Below, one piece after another: positions 10,750 through 20,345 of a stretch of DNA of 64,000 nt. The translations under genes and the position numbers were made by a program. This DNA is from Sulfurospirillaceae bacterium (GTDB lineage: Bacteria > Campylobacterota > Campylobacteria > Campylobacterales > Sulfurospirillaceae), in NCBI GenBank assembly GCA_033723415.1, contig JAWVXD010000004.1:199028-263027 (forward strand), given 5' to 3'. The notes beneath the pieces are model-generated. The model was not told the origin of the DNA, ran no database searches, and saw only the letters and a program-made list of their open reading frames with translations. Every line of letters starts with the position of its first letter. Positions within the stretch are counted from its first letter, which is position 1.

Positions 10750-11529
10750 TTAGAGCATCTTATCCACTGCCTCTTTTAAAGTTTTTTCAAAATCTTTTTG
10801 ACTTAAAACATCTGCATGGGTTGTTCCATGCAGTAACACAGATGAAACAAGATGCGGCACACTTTCTTTGAGCTTTTCAAAATGCTTATGCGTAACGGTC
10901 GTATCACCTTCTACTTCGATAAGAGCTACTGGATTTTGAACCTTAGCCATATATTTTGTAGATTCAAATTTATTTTTAAGCAGTAGATCAATCGGGAATA
11001 TAGGATAATCATCTTTGGCAATTGAGACAATAGAATCATATGGAGTGATCAGTACCAAACCGTCTACTTTTCTTTGACTGGACAAATAAGTTGCCACTGC
11101 CGTACCCAGACTTCTTCCTATGATTATAACTTTTTTATTTTTTCCGTAAGTATCGTAAATCTTCAAAGCATCATTGAAAAGATTTTTTTCACTAGGTTTC
11201 CCGCTGCTTTTCAAATAACCCCGATAATTAAAAGCCACAATATTAAAATCAGTTAGGTCTTTAGTATATAGCAAAATTCTCGTAGCATCATCTGCATTGC
11301 CGCCAAAATAAATGAGCAATGGAGCATTCTTACTTTCAGAATGCTTATAAACCCCATCCAACACGGCAGAATCATGAACTTTTAGCGAAATATGCTCCAT
11401 GTTCGGTACTTCAAACGCGGCTTCTTGTTTAATAGCACCTGCATTAAATAGTATCGAATTTTGGAAGAAGTACAGGTATGCCATAGCACTTAGGTATAAA
11501 AAAATAATAACAAACAATATAATTTTCAT
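10750..11529 (-). CDS. Alpha/beta hydrolase with N-terminal membrane anchor
   Basis: YFGGNA, NYRGY, GRSLG nucleophile elbow, catalytic His near the C-terminus. Confidence 0.88.
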   Translation of the reverse strand: MKIILFVIIFLYLSAMAYLYFFQNSILFNAGAIKQEAAFEVPNMEHISLKVHDSAVLDGVYKHSESKNAPLLIYFGGNADDATRILLYTKDLTDFNIVAFNYRGYLKSSGKPSEKNLFNDALKIYDTYGKNKKVIIIGRSLGTAVATYLSSQRKVDGLVLITPYDSIVSIAKDDYPIFPIDLLLKNKFESTKYMAKVQNPVALIEVEGDTTVTHKHFEKLKESVPHLVSSVLLHGTTHADVLSQKDFEKTLKEAVDKML

Positions 11530-11639
11530 TTTGTAACCCTAAAAATCAAATCATTTTACGCTTTTGTACTATTTGTAGTTGCATAAGGAGGCGTACAATG
11601 TTTACTGAAAGCATTTATATCAAATAATTATAACCAAAA

Positions 11640-11657
11640 AAGGAATAAGATTTGCTT
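11640..11657 (+). promoter_or_regulatory. sigma54 (RpoN) -24/-12 promoter for the pseB remnant-pseC-pseF unit
   Basis: GG(11642-43)-aataagattt-GC(11654-55)TT: exact GG-N10-GC spacing, Campylobacter-type GGAA...TTGCTT. Confidence 0.7.
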
Positions 11658-11692
11658 ATTGCTGTTTTAAACATGCTGTATAAGGATTACAA

Positions 11693-11797
11693 TTGTTTAA
11701 CGGTAAAAAAATGGAATTTGGTTTTGAGTACGTTTCAAACACAAACAAAGATTGGCTTGATCAAGAGTCTTTGATAAATTTAATAGATTCAATATGA
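11693..11797 (+). pseudogene. pseB: pseB remnant (UDP-GlcNAc 4,6-dehydratase), in-frame internal deletion leaving 34 codons
   Basis: SD AAGGA, TTG start, reads MFNGK/KMEFGFEYVSNTNKDWLDQESLINLIDSI*, i.e. a PseB-like N-terminus joined to a PseB-like C-terminus; ATGA overlap with pseC; expected position between dcd and pseC. Confidence 0.8.
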
Positions 11798-12918
11798 TAC
11801 CTTATAGCAAACAAAGTATCGACAAAGATGATATTGAAGCCGTTGTCAATGCATTGCAAAGTGATTTTTTAACAGGCGGTGACAGAGTAGGAGCATTTGA
11901 AAATGCACTGAGTCACTACTTGGGAGTAAAATACGTTTGTGTGTTTAATTCCGCTACTTCTGCTTTACACATAGCATATCAATGCGTAGGACTACAAAGC
12001 GGTGATGAGATCATAACAACACCTTTAACATTTGCCGCAACTTCAAATGCAGCTTTAATGACCGGGGCAACTCCTGTTTTTTGTGATATAAAATTTGACG
12101 GAAATATAGATGAAAACAGGATAGAAAAACTAATAACTAAAAAAACAAAAGCCGTCGTTCCAGTTGATTTTGGCGGTAATCCTGCAAATTTGACGTCTAT
12201 CAGAGAGATATGCAAAAAATATAACCTTCACATGATAGAAGATGCAGCTCATGCTCTGGGAAGTGAATTAAATGCTAAAAAAGTTGGCTCAATATCCGAT
12301 ATCACGATTTTTAGTTTTCATGCAATAAAGCCGATAACAACATGCGGGGAAGGCGGAGCCATAGCGACAAATGACAAAGAGGTCTATGAAAAAGCAAAAC
12401 TTTTAAGAAGCCATGGGATAACAAAGAAAAAATTGTGGAATTCTGATATGACCGAATTGGGCTACAATTATCGGCTCAATGATGTTTCCTGTGCTCTTGG
12501 ACTGTCCCAGTTGAAAAGATTAGATAGTTTTATAGACAAACGCAACAAGATAGCTTCATATTATAATGAACGCTTTAAAGACAACCCTTACTTTTTTACG
12601 ATTAAAATCCCTTCGTTTGTAAAAAGTTCCTATCATCTATACCCAATACTCTTAGATCGATCCTTTTGGTGCCAGAAGGAGGAGATTTTTGAAAGTCTTC
12701 ACAAAAAAGGAATCGGCGTTCAAGTACACTACAAACCGACATATCAATTTTCATACTATAAAAAAAGATTTAAAGAGATCAGGCTTCAAAATACGGAAGA
12801 TTTTTATAAAGCTGAACTTTCTCTTCCTCTGCATCAAGAGATGAAAGAAGATGATGTAAAATACGTGGCTGATACATTATTTGAAATTTTGGATAAGTAT
12901 AAAGGATGCAAGATATGA
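11794..12918 (+). CDS. pseC: UDP-4-amino-4,6-dideoxy-N-acetyl-beta-L-altrosamine transaminase
   Basis: MIPYSKQSI, NSATSALH, EDAAHALG, FSFHAIKPIT, GYNYRL and QVHYKP motifs. Confidence 0.92.
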   Translation: MIPYSKQSIDKDDIEAVVNALQSDFLTGGDRVGAFENALSHYLGVKYVCVFNSATSALHIAYQCVGLQSGDEIITTPLTFAATSNAALMTGATPVFCDIKFDGNIDENRIEKLITKKTKAVVPVDFGGNPANLTSIREICKKYNLHMIEDAAHALGSELNAKKVGSISDITIFSFHAIKPITTCGEGGAIATNDKEVYEKAKLLRSHGITKKKLWNSDMTELGYNYRLNDVSCALGLSQLKRLDSFIDKRNKIASYYNERFKDNPYFFTIKIPSFVKSSYHLYPILLDRSFWCQKEEIFESLHKKGIGVQVHYKPTYQFSYYKKRFKEIRLQNTEDFYKAELSLPLHQEMKEDDVKYVADTLFEILDKYKGCKI

Positions 12919-13607
12919 ATATAGCCATAATCCCGGCACGTGGAGGAAGCAAAAGGATACCCAGAAAAAATATCAAAGATTTTTGCGGCAAACCACTCAT
13001 AGCATATAGTATACAAGCAGCATTAGATTCAAAGCTTTTTGACAAGGTGATCGTTTCAACTGACGACGAAGAGATCGCGGATATTGCTGAAAGCTATGGC
13101 GCTGAAATCCCATTTGTGAGACCAAAAGAGTTGAGTGATGATTTTACCGGGACAGGAGAAGTTATAGAACACGCACTAGAATTTTTTGAACAACAGAACA
13201 TCTTTTACGATTTTCTCTGTGCTATTTATGCAACTGCCCCGTTAATTCAAACACAATATTTGATCAAAGGTTTTGAAAAACTCAAAAATAGCGATGCCAT
13301 AAATGCATTCTCATGTACATCCATGCCTTTTCCTATACAGAGGACATTTAAGATCACTAAAGAAGAGAGATGCGAGATGTTTTGGCCTGAGAATTTTTAC
13401 AAGCGCAGTCAAGATCTAGAAACGGCATATCAAGATGCGGGACAGTTTTATTGGACCAATCTAAAACGAAAGACAGATGAAATCATGTTTGGCAAAGACA
13501 GCCTTCCCATAATCCTTCCTAGACATCTGGTGCAAGATATTGATACTCCTGAAGATTGGGAAAGAGCTCAATATATGTATAAATCACTCAAAAGCCAAGC
13601 CTCATAA
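12915..13607 (+). CDS. pseF: Pseudaminic acid (nonulosonate) cytidylyltransferase
   Basis: IIPARGGSKRIPRKN, RSQDLE.AYQDAGQFYW and QDIDT.EDW motifs; ATG overlaps the pseC stop. Confidence 0.92.
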   Translation: MNIAIIPARGGSKRIPRKNIKDFCGKPLIAYSIQAALDSKLFDKVIVSTDDEEIADIAESYGAEIPFVRPKELSDDFTGTGEVIEHALEFFEQQNIFYDFLCAIYATAPLIQTQYLIKGFEKLKNSDAINAFSCTSMPFPIQRTFKITKEERCEMFWPENFYKRSQDLETAYQDAGQFYWTNLKRKTDEIMFGKDSLPIILPRHLVQDIDTPEDWERAQYMYKSLKSQAS

Positions 13608-13620
13608 AAGAGGTTCAAAT

Positions 13621-13647
13621 TACACTATAATCAGAATATGCCGATAA
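13621..13647 (+). promoter_or_regulatory. Putative sigma28 (FliA) promoter for the neuB-like cassette
   Basis: TACA-N15-GCCGATAA, one mismatch to TAAA-N15-GCCGATAA, in the only intergenic gap before the cassette. Confidence 0.65.
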
Positions 13648-13673
13648 TATGAAATAAATTTATGGATTACCTT

Positions 13674-14543
13674 ATGATACAAAATATAGACAATTTGCCA
13701 TTTTTTATTGCGGAAGTCTCAAGCAATCATAGTCAGAATTTACAAAGAGCTAAAGAATTTATCAAAACCTCATCCAAGATCGGGTGCCATGGAGTAAAGT
13801 TTCAACTCTTTAAAATAGATGAACTCTTCGCGCCTGAAATTTTGGCGAAAAGTGAACTACACAGAAAAAGAAAAGAGTGGGAACTTCCATTGAATTTTTT
13901 GCCTGAGCTCTCACAATATACTCATGAACTAGGTATGCTTTTTTCCTGTACGCCTTTTTATCTCGATGCCGTACAAGAGCTTGAGCCTTTTGTTGATTTT
14001 TACAAGATAGCATCTTATGAGCTTTTATGGGATGATCTTATCATAGCTTGTGCTAAAACCGGCAAAGACTTAGTGCTCTCTACCGGTATGGCAACACTCG
14101 ATGAAATTGCTCATGCTGTAGAAACTTTTAGACAAAACTCTGATGCTAAGCTCACTCTTTTGCACACGATCTCAGGCTATCCGACACCTGTAATTGAAGC
14201 AAACGTCAAAGCTATCGAAACACTCAGAAAAAACTTTCAATGTGACGTTGGATTGTCTGATCATTCGGTCTCTCCTGCTGTGATCGCTAGAGCCATACAC
14301 AAATATGATGCCTCAATGATAGAGTTTCATTTAGATTTAGAGGGTGAAGGTGAAGAGTATGCTAGCGGACATTGCTGGCTTCCAAACCAAATGCAAGATA
14401 CAATAGAACTCATCAAAAATGGTTTTCTTGCAGACGGAGACGGGATCAAAGAGCCGGCATTAAGCGAGATATCTGACCGTGATTGGAGAACAGACCCGAG
14501 TGATGGGCTTAGACCATTTAAACGAGTGAGAGAAACATTTTGA
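13674..14543 (+). CDS. Nonulosonic acid synthase (NeuB/PseI/SpsE family), short form without an obvious SAF domain
   Basis: FIAEVSSNH, VKFQ, KIASYE, LSTGMAT, YPTP and GLSDHS motifs; about 290 aa; alternative start at 13662. Confidence 0.9.
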   Translation: MIQNIDNLPFFIAEVSSNHSQNLQRAKEFIKTSSKIGCHGVKFQLFKIDELFAPEILAKSELHRKRKEWELPLNFLPELSQYTHELGMLFSCTPFYLDAVQELEPFVDFYKIASYELLWDDLIIACAKTGKDLVLSTGMATLDEIAHAVETFRQNSDAKLTLLHTISGYPTPVIEANVKAIETLRKNFQCDVGLSDHSVSPAVIARAIHKYDASMIEFHLDLEGEGEEYASGHCWLPNQMQDTIELIKNGFLADGDGIKEPALSEISDRDWRTDPSDGLRPFKRVRETF

Positions 14544-15481
14544 AACAGCATAATGTTCTCATTCGCTGTGATGCTTCATCGGCAATAGGTTTGGGACATA
14601 TCACTCGTTGTTTGGCTATCGCAAATGATTTTAGACACAATGGCCATCAAGTTTATTTTGCGACAAAAAACTTTGATTTAGGAATCAAGAAAATACAAGA
14701 TAACAATTTTGAAATATTTTTTGCAGATGATGCAAGTTGTGATTATCATAATTGGATCATAAATACCGCAAAAGACAAAGATATCACAATCTTTATAGGT
14801 GATGTTAGAGATGAATTGCCTATAAAGACTATCCAGGAACTCAAAACACTGAATGTTTTAACTGTTGCTATTGATCAGTGTGGTCAATATGCAAAAGAGT
14901 GTGATTTATGCTTTTATCCTCCTCATGCAAAAATAAATAGTAAAGAATATAAAGGCAAAGTATATCAAGGCTTCGAATATGTTTTACTTAGAAATGAGTT
15001 TTATGAGCCATTTAAAAAAATTCAAAATGAAATACCGAATGTTCTAGTTATGATGGGAGGGACAGATCCTTATAGCCTTACTTTACCGGTCATAGAACAA
15101 CTTTTATCTCTTCCTTTAAACATCAATATATCAGTAATACTATCAAAAGGACACGTTGATTATCACAAAATAAGTATTCTTGATAAAAAGATCCGTACTT
15201 ATTCCGATATAAAAGATATGTCAGCTTTTTTAGGCAAAATCGACTTTGCGATTGTCTCATTTGGTATAAGCGCTTATGAAGTCTTGACTAAGAGTATACC
15301 GGCTATACACATCTGCCTAAATGATGATCATTTTCAAGCAAGTGAAATATTTGAAAAAAATAAATTTGCAAAAAGGTTTATGCGACATGATGTGCAAGAT
15401 ATAAAAGCCCTTCAGTTGAATCGTGCCTTTATATCTCCGATAAAAAAGAATAAAATATATGAGGAAATTATATGCGGTTAA
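14540..15481 (+). CDS. PseG/SpsG-like UDP-sugar hydrolase (GT-B fold)
   Basis: IRCDASSAIGLGHITRC, YVLLRNEF and VMMGGTDP motifs. Confidence 0.85.
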   Translation: MKQHNVLIRCDASSAIGLGHITRCLAIANDFRHNGHQVYFATKNFDLGIKKIQDNNFEIFFADDASCDYHNWIINTAKDKDITIFIGDVRDELPIKTIQELKTLNVLTVAIDQCGQYAKECDLCFYPPHAKINSKEYKGKVYQGFEYVLLRNEFYEPFKKIQNEIPNVLVMMGGTDPYSLTLPVIEQLLSLPLNINISVILSKGHVDYHKISILDKKIRTYSDIKDMSAFLGKIDFAIVSFGISAYEVLTKSIPAIHICLNDDHFQASEIFEKNKFAKRFMRHDVQDIKALQLNRAFISPIKKNKIYEEIICG

Positions 15482-16677
15482 TTTGGAATACAATAGCAGA
15501 TAAGTACCATTGCCATAACGAAGAGTATCTCATATATAGAGCTTGTCCCATTTGCAAAGCAGACAACAGCAAAACAATATTAACTATAGACAATTTTCAA
15601 TTTTTTTCTGATGATGTAACATCAAAACAAGTTAATATTCATCAAAAACAATGTAAAAAATGTGGCACGATATATATGAATCCTTGTTATTCAAACAAAG
15701 GTTTTGAAATTCTTTTTGCTGAAGCAGGACAATCTTATGGATCTACCAGTGCAAGACCTACAGAACAAGTAGATTGGCTCAATCAACATAATTTATTGCA
15801 AGACAACAGTAGATTACTGGATATTGGATGCGGCACAGGTAATTTTCTAGCCAGTCTTCCAAAATCTATTAGAAAAGTCGGAGTTGATATAGATGCGCCC
15901 TCTATACAAATAGGAAAAGAGAATCATCAAGAAATTGAATTTATATGTTCTAGTTTTGAAGACTTAGAGTATAAAGAGGAAATAGATACTATCACTATGT
16001 TTCATGTTTTAGAACATCTACCCAAACCCTTAGAAACTCTTCAGAGGTTATACAAACTTTCAAATACAAACACTCAACTTGTTATAGAAGTACCCATCAT
16101 TGAAAATGGATTGACAAACGATATAAATGGTTTTTTTAGTGCTCAACATCTAACTCACTTCAGCAGGATGAGTTTTAAAAATGTTTTGGCTCTCAGCGGA
16201 TGGGGAGTTATTGATTGGTTGGAACAAAAAGACTATAATGGATGTAGGGTATTAGCGAAAAAACAATCAAAAACACAAGATATTGAAATAGGTAGCGAAG
16301 AATTCTTGAATACGTACAACTATTTAAGTTATTGGTATCATTCAGTCGCTAATATCGAAAAGAAAATTTTGGATATAACTTCAAAAAGATGTATTATTTG
16401 GGGTGGTGGTATGCATTTGGAATTTTTATATCAAATGACATCGCTCTTTAACAAAGGAATTGAGTTTATTGTTGTAGATAGCGACAAAAATAAACAGCAT
16501 AAATCTTGGAGAGGGATAAATATCTATCCTCCGAGTATTCTTGAGGATTTTACAGAAAATATACCATTGATAATTTCAAGTTACGGCGGACAAAATTCTA
16601 TATCCGTTGCAGCTACCTCTTTAGGCATAAAAGCAAACAACATTATCAAACTCTATGATAATTTAAGAGTGTATTAA
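15472..16677 (+). CDS. Class I SAM-dependent methyltransferase with N-terminal Zn-binding and C-terminal Rossmann-like region
   Basis: CPIC and CKKC pairs, LDIGCGTG, FHVLEH, IEVP and IIWGGG motifs. Confidence 0.85.
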   Translation: MRLIWNTIADKYHCHNEEYLIYRACPICKADNSKTILTIDNFQFFSDDVTSKQVNIHQKQCKKCGTIYMNPCYSNKGFEILFAEAGQSYGSTSARPTEQVDWLNQHNLLQDNSRLLDIGCGTGNFLASLPKSIRKVGVDIDAPSIQIGKENHQEIEFICSSFEDLEYKEEIDTITMFHVLEHLPKPLETLQRLYKLSNTNTQLVIEVPIIENGLTNDINGFFSAQHLTHFSRMSFKNVLALSGWGVIDWLEQKDYNGCRVLAKKQSKTQDIEIGSEEFLNTYNYLSYWYHSVANIEKKILDITSKRCIIWGGGMHLEFLYQMTSLFNKGIEFIVVDSDKNKQHKSWRGINIYPPSILEDFTENIPLIISSYGGQNSISVAATSLGIKANNIIKLYDNLRVY

Positions 16678-16737
16678 CAAAGGAATAAACTATGAATCAA
16701 TTTATAAAATCAGCTATAAAGACAAGGATCAAATAAG

Positions 16738-18432
16738 ATGTTATATACTACCGCTATTATCGCAAATATGATTAAGCAATTCACTGATAATCTTTATACG
16801 TATCCTGGCGGGACTATTGCGCCATTGTATTGTGAAGCAAAAAAACTTGGCTTAAATATTGTTGTTGCTAGGCAAGAACAAGGAGCTGGATACATGGCAT
16901 TGGCAGAAGCTGCTTTACATAATCGTCCATCATTTGTTGCTGTCACCAGCGGTCCGGGTGCGACTAATATCATAACTCCTATAGCAGATGCTTTTTACGA
17001 TAGTGTTCCTCTTGTTGTTATTTGCGGTCAAGTCTCGACTAATGATTTAAATCGTAGCCAGACAATAAGACAAAGAGGATTTCAAGAAGTACCTATTACA
17101 AAACTGGTTGAACATATTACAAAAAAAACTTTTCAGCCTAAAACTTTCAAAGATTTGGTTTCTATGCTACAAGTTGCTGTAGAAATTGCCAACACTGGAA
17201 GGAAAGGTCCTGTTGTCATAGATCTTCCGATGGATGTTCAACTTCAACAAATTCAAGATGACGATCTGGATAAATTCAACCCTAGAGTATCTTTTCCACA
17301 ATCTGACAAAAGTATTTCTTCAGGCATAGATTTTAACTTCATTGCACGAACTATCAATAATTCACAAAAACCGCTTATTTTAGTAGGTGGAGGTGCACAA
17401 GAGGATTGGGCACAAATCAGAAGATTGCTTGAAAAGACTCATATCCCGGCAATCTCAAGTTTAAGAGGAATAGGTATATTAAATAATTCTCTTGACTATG
17501 GATGGATCGGGCACACGGGAACACCATATGCCAATACTCTTTTATATGAAGCCGATACCGTTATTGTACTTGGAAGTAGGCTTGACGTAAGACAAACAGG
17601 TACGAAAACAGATATCTTTAAAACTAAAAATATTATTCATGTTGATATTGATGAAGAAGAATTAAAATACTGCCGAATTGATAACAATATTAAAATAAAT
17701 ATACCGATTAAAACCTTTTTAGACACAATACAAGACCTTATACATCTACAAAACATAGACAAATGGATACAGTATGCCCAAGAACTAAAACTAAGACTAA
17801 AACTTGACGATATTGCAAAAGAAAAATCAAATAAACCGACTCCAAAGCAAATCTTGTCATTTATAAATGAAATGCTTCAAGATAAAAAATACTATATTGC
17901 CACAGGAGTAGGTCTTCATCAACATTGGGTTGCTAGATATGTAGATTTTGACAACGCCAAATCTAGATTTTTTACATCAGCAGGACATGGAACTATGGGA
18001 TATGGTTTACCAAGTGCTCTTGGTCTGAGTTATATTGAAAAAGACAATACTTTAACAATCTGCATTGACGGGGATGGATCGTTTCAGATGAATTTACAAG
18101 AATTAGCCTTAGTCAAAACAATGAATTTAAAAATAAAAATTTTAATTATAGACAATAACCGTCTTGGACTCGTATCGCAATTTCAAAATATCACGTTTGA
18201 TGATGATCCTACAACAGGACATATAATCAATCCTGATTTTGTAAAAATAGCCCAATCATACGGTATTAAAGCATATAGCATCAATACTTTTGATAAAGGT
18301 ATTATTGAAGATTGGATTACAAGTGAAGAAGCAAGCTTATTACACGTAAAAATAGAACACGATACACCACTTTCACCTATGTTGCTTGGTGGTCAAGAAT
18401 TGAATCAGATGTGGTATGAAAATGAACAATAA
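16738..18432 (+). CDS. Thiamine diphosphate-dependent enzyme (acetolactate synthase / carboligase-like)
   Basis: YPGG, RQEQGA, VTSGPGATN, GFQE, GHGTMGYGLP and GDGS...NN ThDP motif. Confidence 0.9.
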   Translation: MLYTTAIIANMIKQFTDNLYTYPGGTIAPLYCEAKKLGLNIVVARQEQGAGYMALAEAALHNRPSFVAVTSGPGATNIITPIADAFYDSVPLVVICGQVSTNDLNRSQTIRQRGFQEVPITKLVEHITKKTFQPKTFKDLVSMLQVAVEIANTGRKGPVVIDLPMDVQLQQIQDDDLDKFNPRVSFPQSDKSISSGIDFNFIARTINNSQKPLILVGGGAQEDWAQIRRLLEKTHIPAISSLRGIGILNNSLDYGWIGHTGTPYANTLLYEADTVIVLGSRLDVRQTGTKTDIFKTKNIIHVDIDEEELKYCRIDNNIKINIPIKTFLDTIQDLIHLQNIDKWIQYAQELKLRLKLDDIAKEKSNKPTPKQILSFINEMLQDKKYYIATGVGLHQHWVARYVDFDNAKSRFFTSAGHGTMGYGLPSALGLSYIEKDNTLTICIDGDGSFQMNLQELALVKTMNLKIKILIIDNNRLGLVSQFQNITFDDDPTTGHIINPDFVKIAQSYGIKAYSINTFDKGIIEDWITSEEASLLHVKIEHDTPLSPMLLGGQELNQMWYENEQ

Positions 18433-19132
18433 ACTCGTATTTGTAACAGGTGCATCAAAAGGCATTGGGGAAAGCATAGCAAATCATTTTTCTGCTAAAG
18501 GTTATCATGTTGCATACGGGTACAATAAAACACATCCTAAAAATAAAAATTTTTATGTTCATGTAGATATATCAGATAGGGACTCTATTCAAAATGCTGT
18601 TGCACTAACTGAAAAAAAATTTGGAAAATCTATAGATATTCTAGTAAATAATGCAGCCATCTCTCAAGAAAAACCTTTTATGACGATTACTGATGATGAC
18701 TGGAGTAAAATGCTAGATATTAATCTTCAAGGTGCTTTCAGATTTACCCAGGAAGTACTCACGAATATGATCAAAAACAACTGGGGAAGAATCATCAATA
18801 TCACCTCTATCGGCGGTCAATGGGGAGGATTTAACCAGGTTCACTATGCAGCATCAAAAGCAGCACTCATAAATTTCACTCAATCCATAGCAAAAATATA
18901 CTCAAACAAAGGAATTACATCTAATGCTATTGCTATAGGTCTTGTAGCAACGGATATGTCTGCAAATGAACTCCACACTGAAGGCGGAAAAGAAAAAGTG
19001 AAAAACATACCGATAGGAAGGGTCGGCACCAAAGATGAAATAGCAACTATATCTCTTTTTTTGGCATCATGCGAATCTTCTTACATAACAGGGCAAACGA
19101 TCAATGCAAACGGAGGAATGTACTTTGGATAA
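18416..19132 (+). CDS. Short-chain dehydrogenase/reductase (FabG-like)
   Basis: TGASKGIG, NNAA, YAASK and ITGQTINANGG motifs. Confidence 0.92.
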   Translation: MKMNNKLVFVTGASKGIGESIANHFSAKGYHVAYGYNKTHPKNKNFYVHVDISDRDSIQNAVALTEKKFGKSIDILVNNAAISQEKPFMTITDDDWSKMLDINLQGAFRFTQEVLTNMIKNNWGRIINITSIGGQWGGFNQVHYAASKAALINFTQSIAKIYSNKGITSNAIAIGLVATDMSANELHTEGGKEKVKNIPIGRVGTKDEIATISLFLASCESSYITGQTINANGGMYFG

Positions 19133-20345
19133 GACATTACTTGTTTTAGGTGCAGGTCCTGATCAAATTCCGGGGATTGTTAAAGCTAAAGAAATGGGAA
19201 TTTATACCATAGTCCTAGATGGAAATCCTGATGCAGCAGGGAAAGAGTTTGCAGACGAGTTTCACATCGTTAGCATTAAGCACATGCAACAAATTGAAGA
19301 CTTTATCAAAACACGCCTAAAAAGAAGAGTAGATGGAGTTATCGCCTTTGGCGTCGATATACCCTCAATCATTGCTCAAACTGCAGATATGCTCAATGTT
19401 AATTTCACGATACCTCTTGCAAGCGCACAGCTCAGCGAAGACAAATTTAGCTCAAAAGAGTTTATGAAAAAACACAAGATTGCTATTCCTAAATACCATC
19501 TTGTCAATAATGTTGAAGATATCCGCACCTTTATCGAAAATAATGATTTACCGGTTGTTATAAAACCGGTTGACAACTCTGCTTCAAGAGGTATCAGCTA
19601 TACAAACGATATAGAAAATATTGAGTCTTTTTACAACTATGCACTTGAGTTCAGTAATCAAAAAAAGGTACAGGTGGAAAAATATTTGCCGGGTCCACAA
19701 ATAAGCACCGAATCTTTTGTAATCAATGGGGAAATACACAACATTGGATTTGCAGACAGAAACTATACTCAAATGCAAAGATTCTTGCCAAATATTATAG
19801 AAGACGGCGGTGATCTGCCTTCGCTTCATATGCAAGAAAAGCATAAAAATCAACTCAAGCACTACCTTGAGATAATAGCAAAAGAATTAAACATCCACAA
19901 TGGCGTCATCAAAGGCGACATTGTTCTGTATAACGATGATTTATATATTATCGAGTTTGCACTCAGACTCTCGGGAGGAAATTTTTCTACCGTAGAGATA
20001 CCTTATAGCACTGGTGTCGATTTTTTGAAGATAGCTATTAAACTGCACCTAAATCTAGAAGTATTTGAAGACGAACTCAAACAAACTAAAAATGCTTTTA
20101 TCTCTTTACGATACAAGTTTCTTGAAGAAGAGAGTGGTGGGCTTATCACAGAAATCGAGTTACCAAGAGGCGATCAAAACATCATTTTGTCAAATTTTCA
20201 TGCACGTGTAGGAGAGAGAGTTGGAGAAAAAACGACAGATCACGCAAAACGGCTTGGATTTGTAATCGCAAAAGGAAATGATAGAGACGATGCTATCAGC
20301 AATGCACAAAAATTTTTAGATAAAGTGAAGATATCTTTTGAGTAA
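19125..20345 (+). CDS. ATP-grasp domain ligase
   Basis: LGAGPDQ, DKFSSK, PVVIKPVDNSASRG, EKYLPGPQISTE and IEFALRLSGG motifs; TTG start with SD GGAGGA. Confidence 0.88.
   Translation: MDKTLLVLGAGPDQIPGIVKAKEMGIYTIVLDGNPDAAGKEFADEFHIVSIKHMQQIEDFIKTRLKRRVDGVIAFGVDIPSIIAQTADMLNVNFTIPLASAQLSEDKFSSKEFMKKHKIAIPKYHLVNNVEDIRTFIENNDLPVVIKPVDNSASRGISYTNDIENIESFYNYALEFSNQKKVQVEKYLPGPQISTESFVINGEIHNIGFADRNYTQMQRFLPNIIEDGGDLPSLHMQEKHKNQLKHYLEIIAKELNIHNGVIKGDIVLYNDDLYIIEFALRLSGGNFSTVEIPYSTGVDFLKIAIKLHLNLEVFEDELKQTKNAFISLRYKFLEEESGGLITEIELPRGDQNIILSNFHARVGERVGEKTTDHAKRLGFVIAKGNDRDDAISNAQKFLDKVKISFE

Noticed and set aside
16738..18432. Calling the ThDP enzyme the housekeeping ilvB/ilvI
   Set aside because: No regulatory small subunit or ilvC nearby, and it is embedded in a glycan operon
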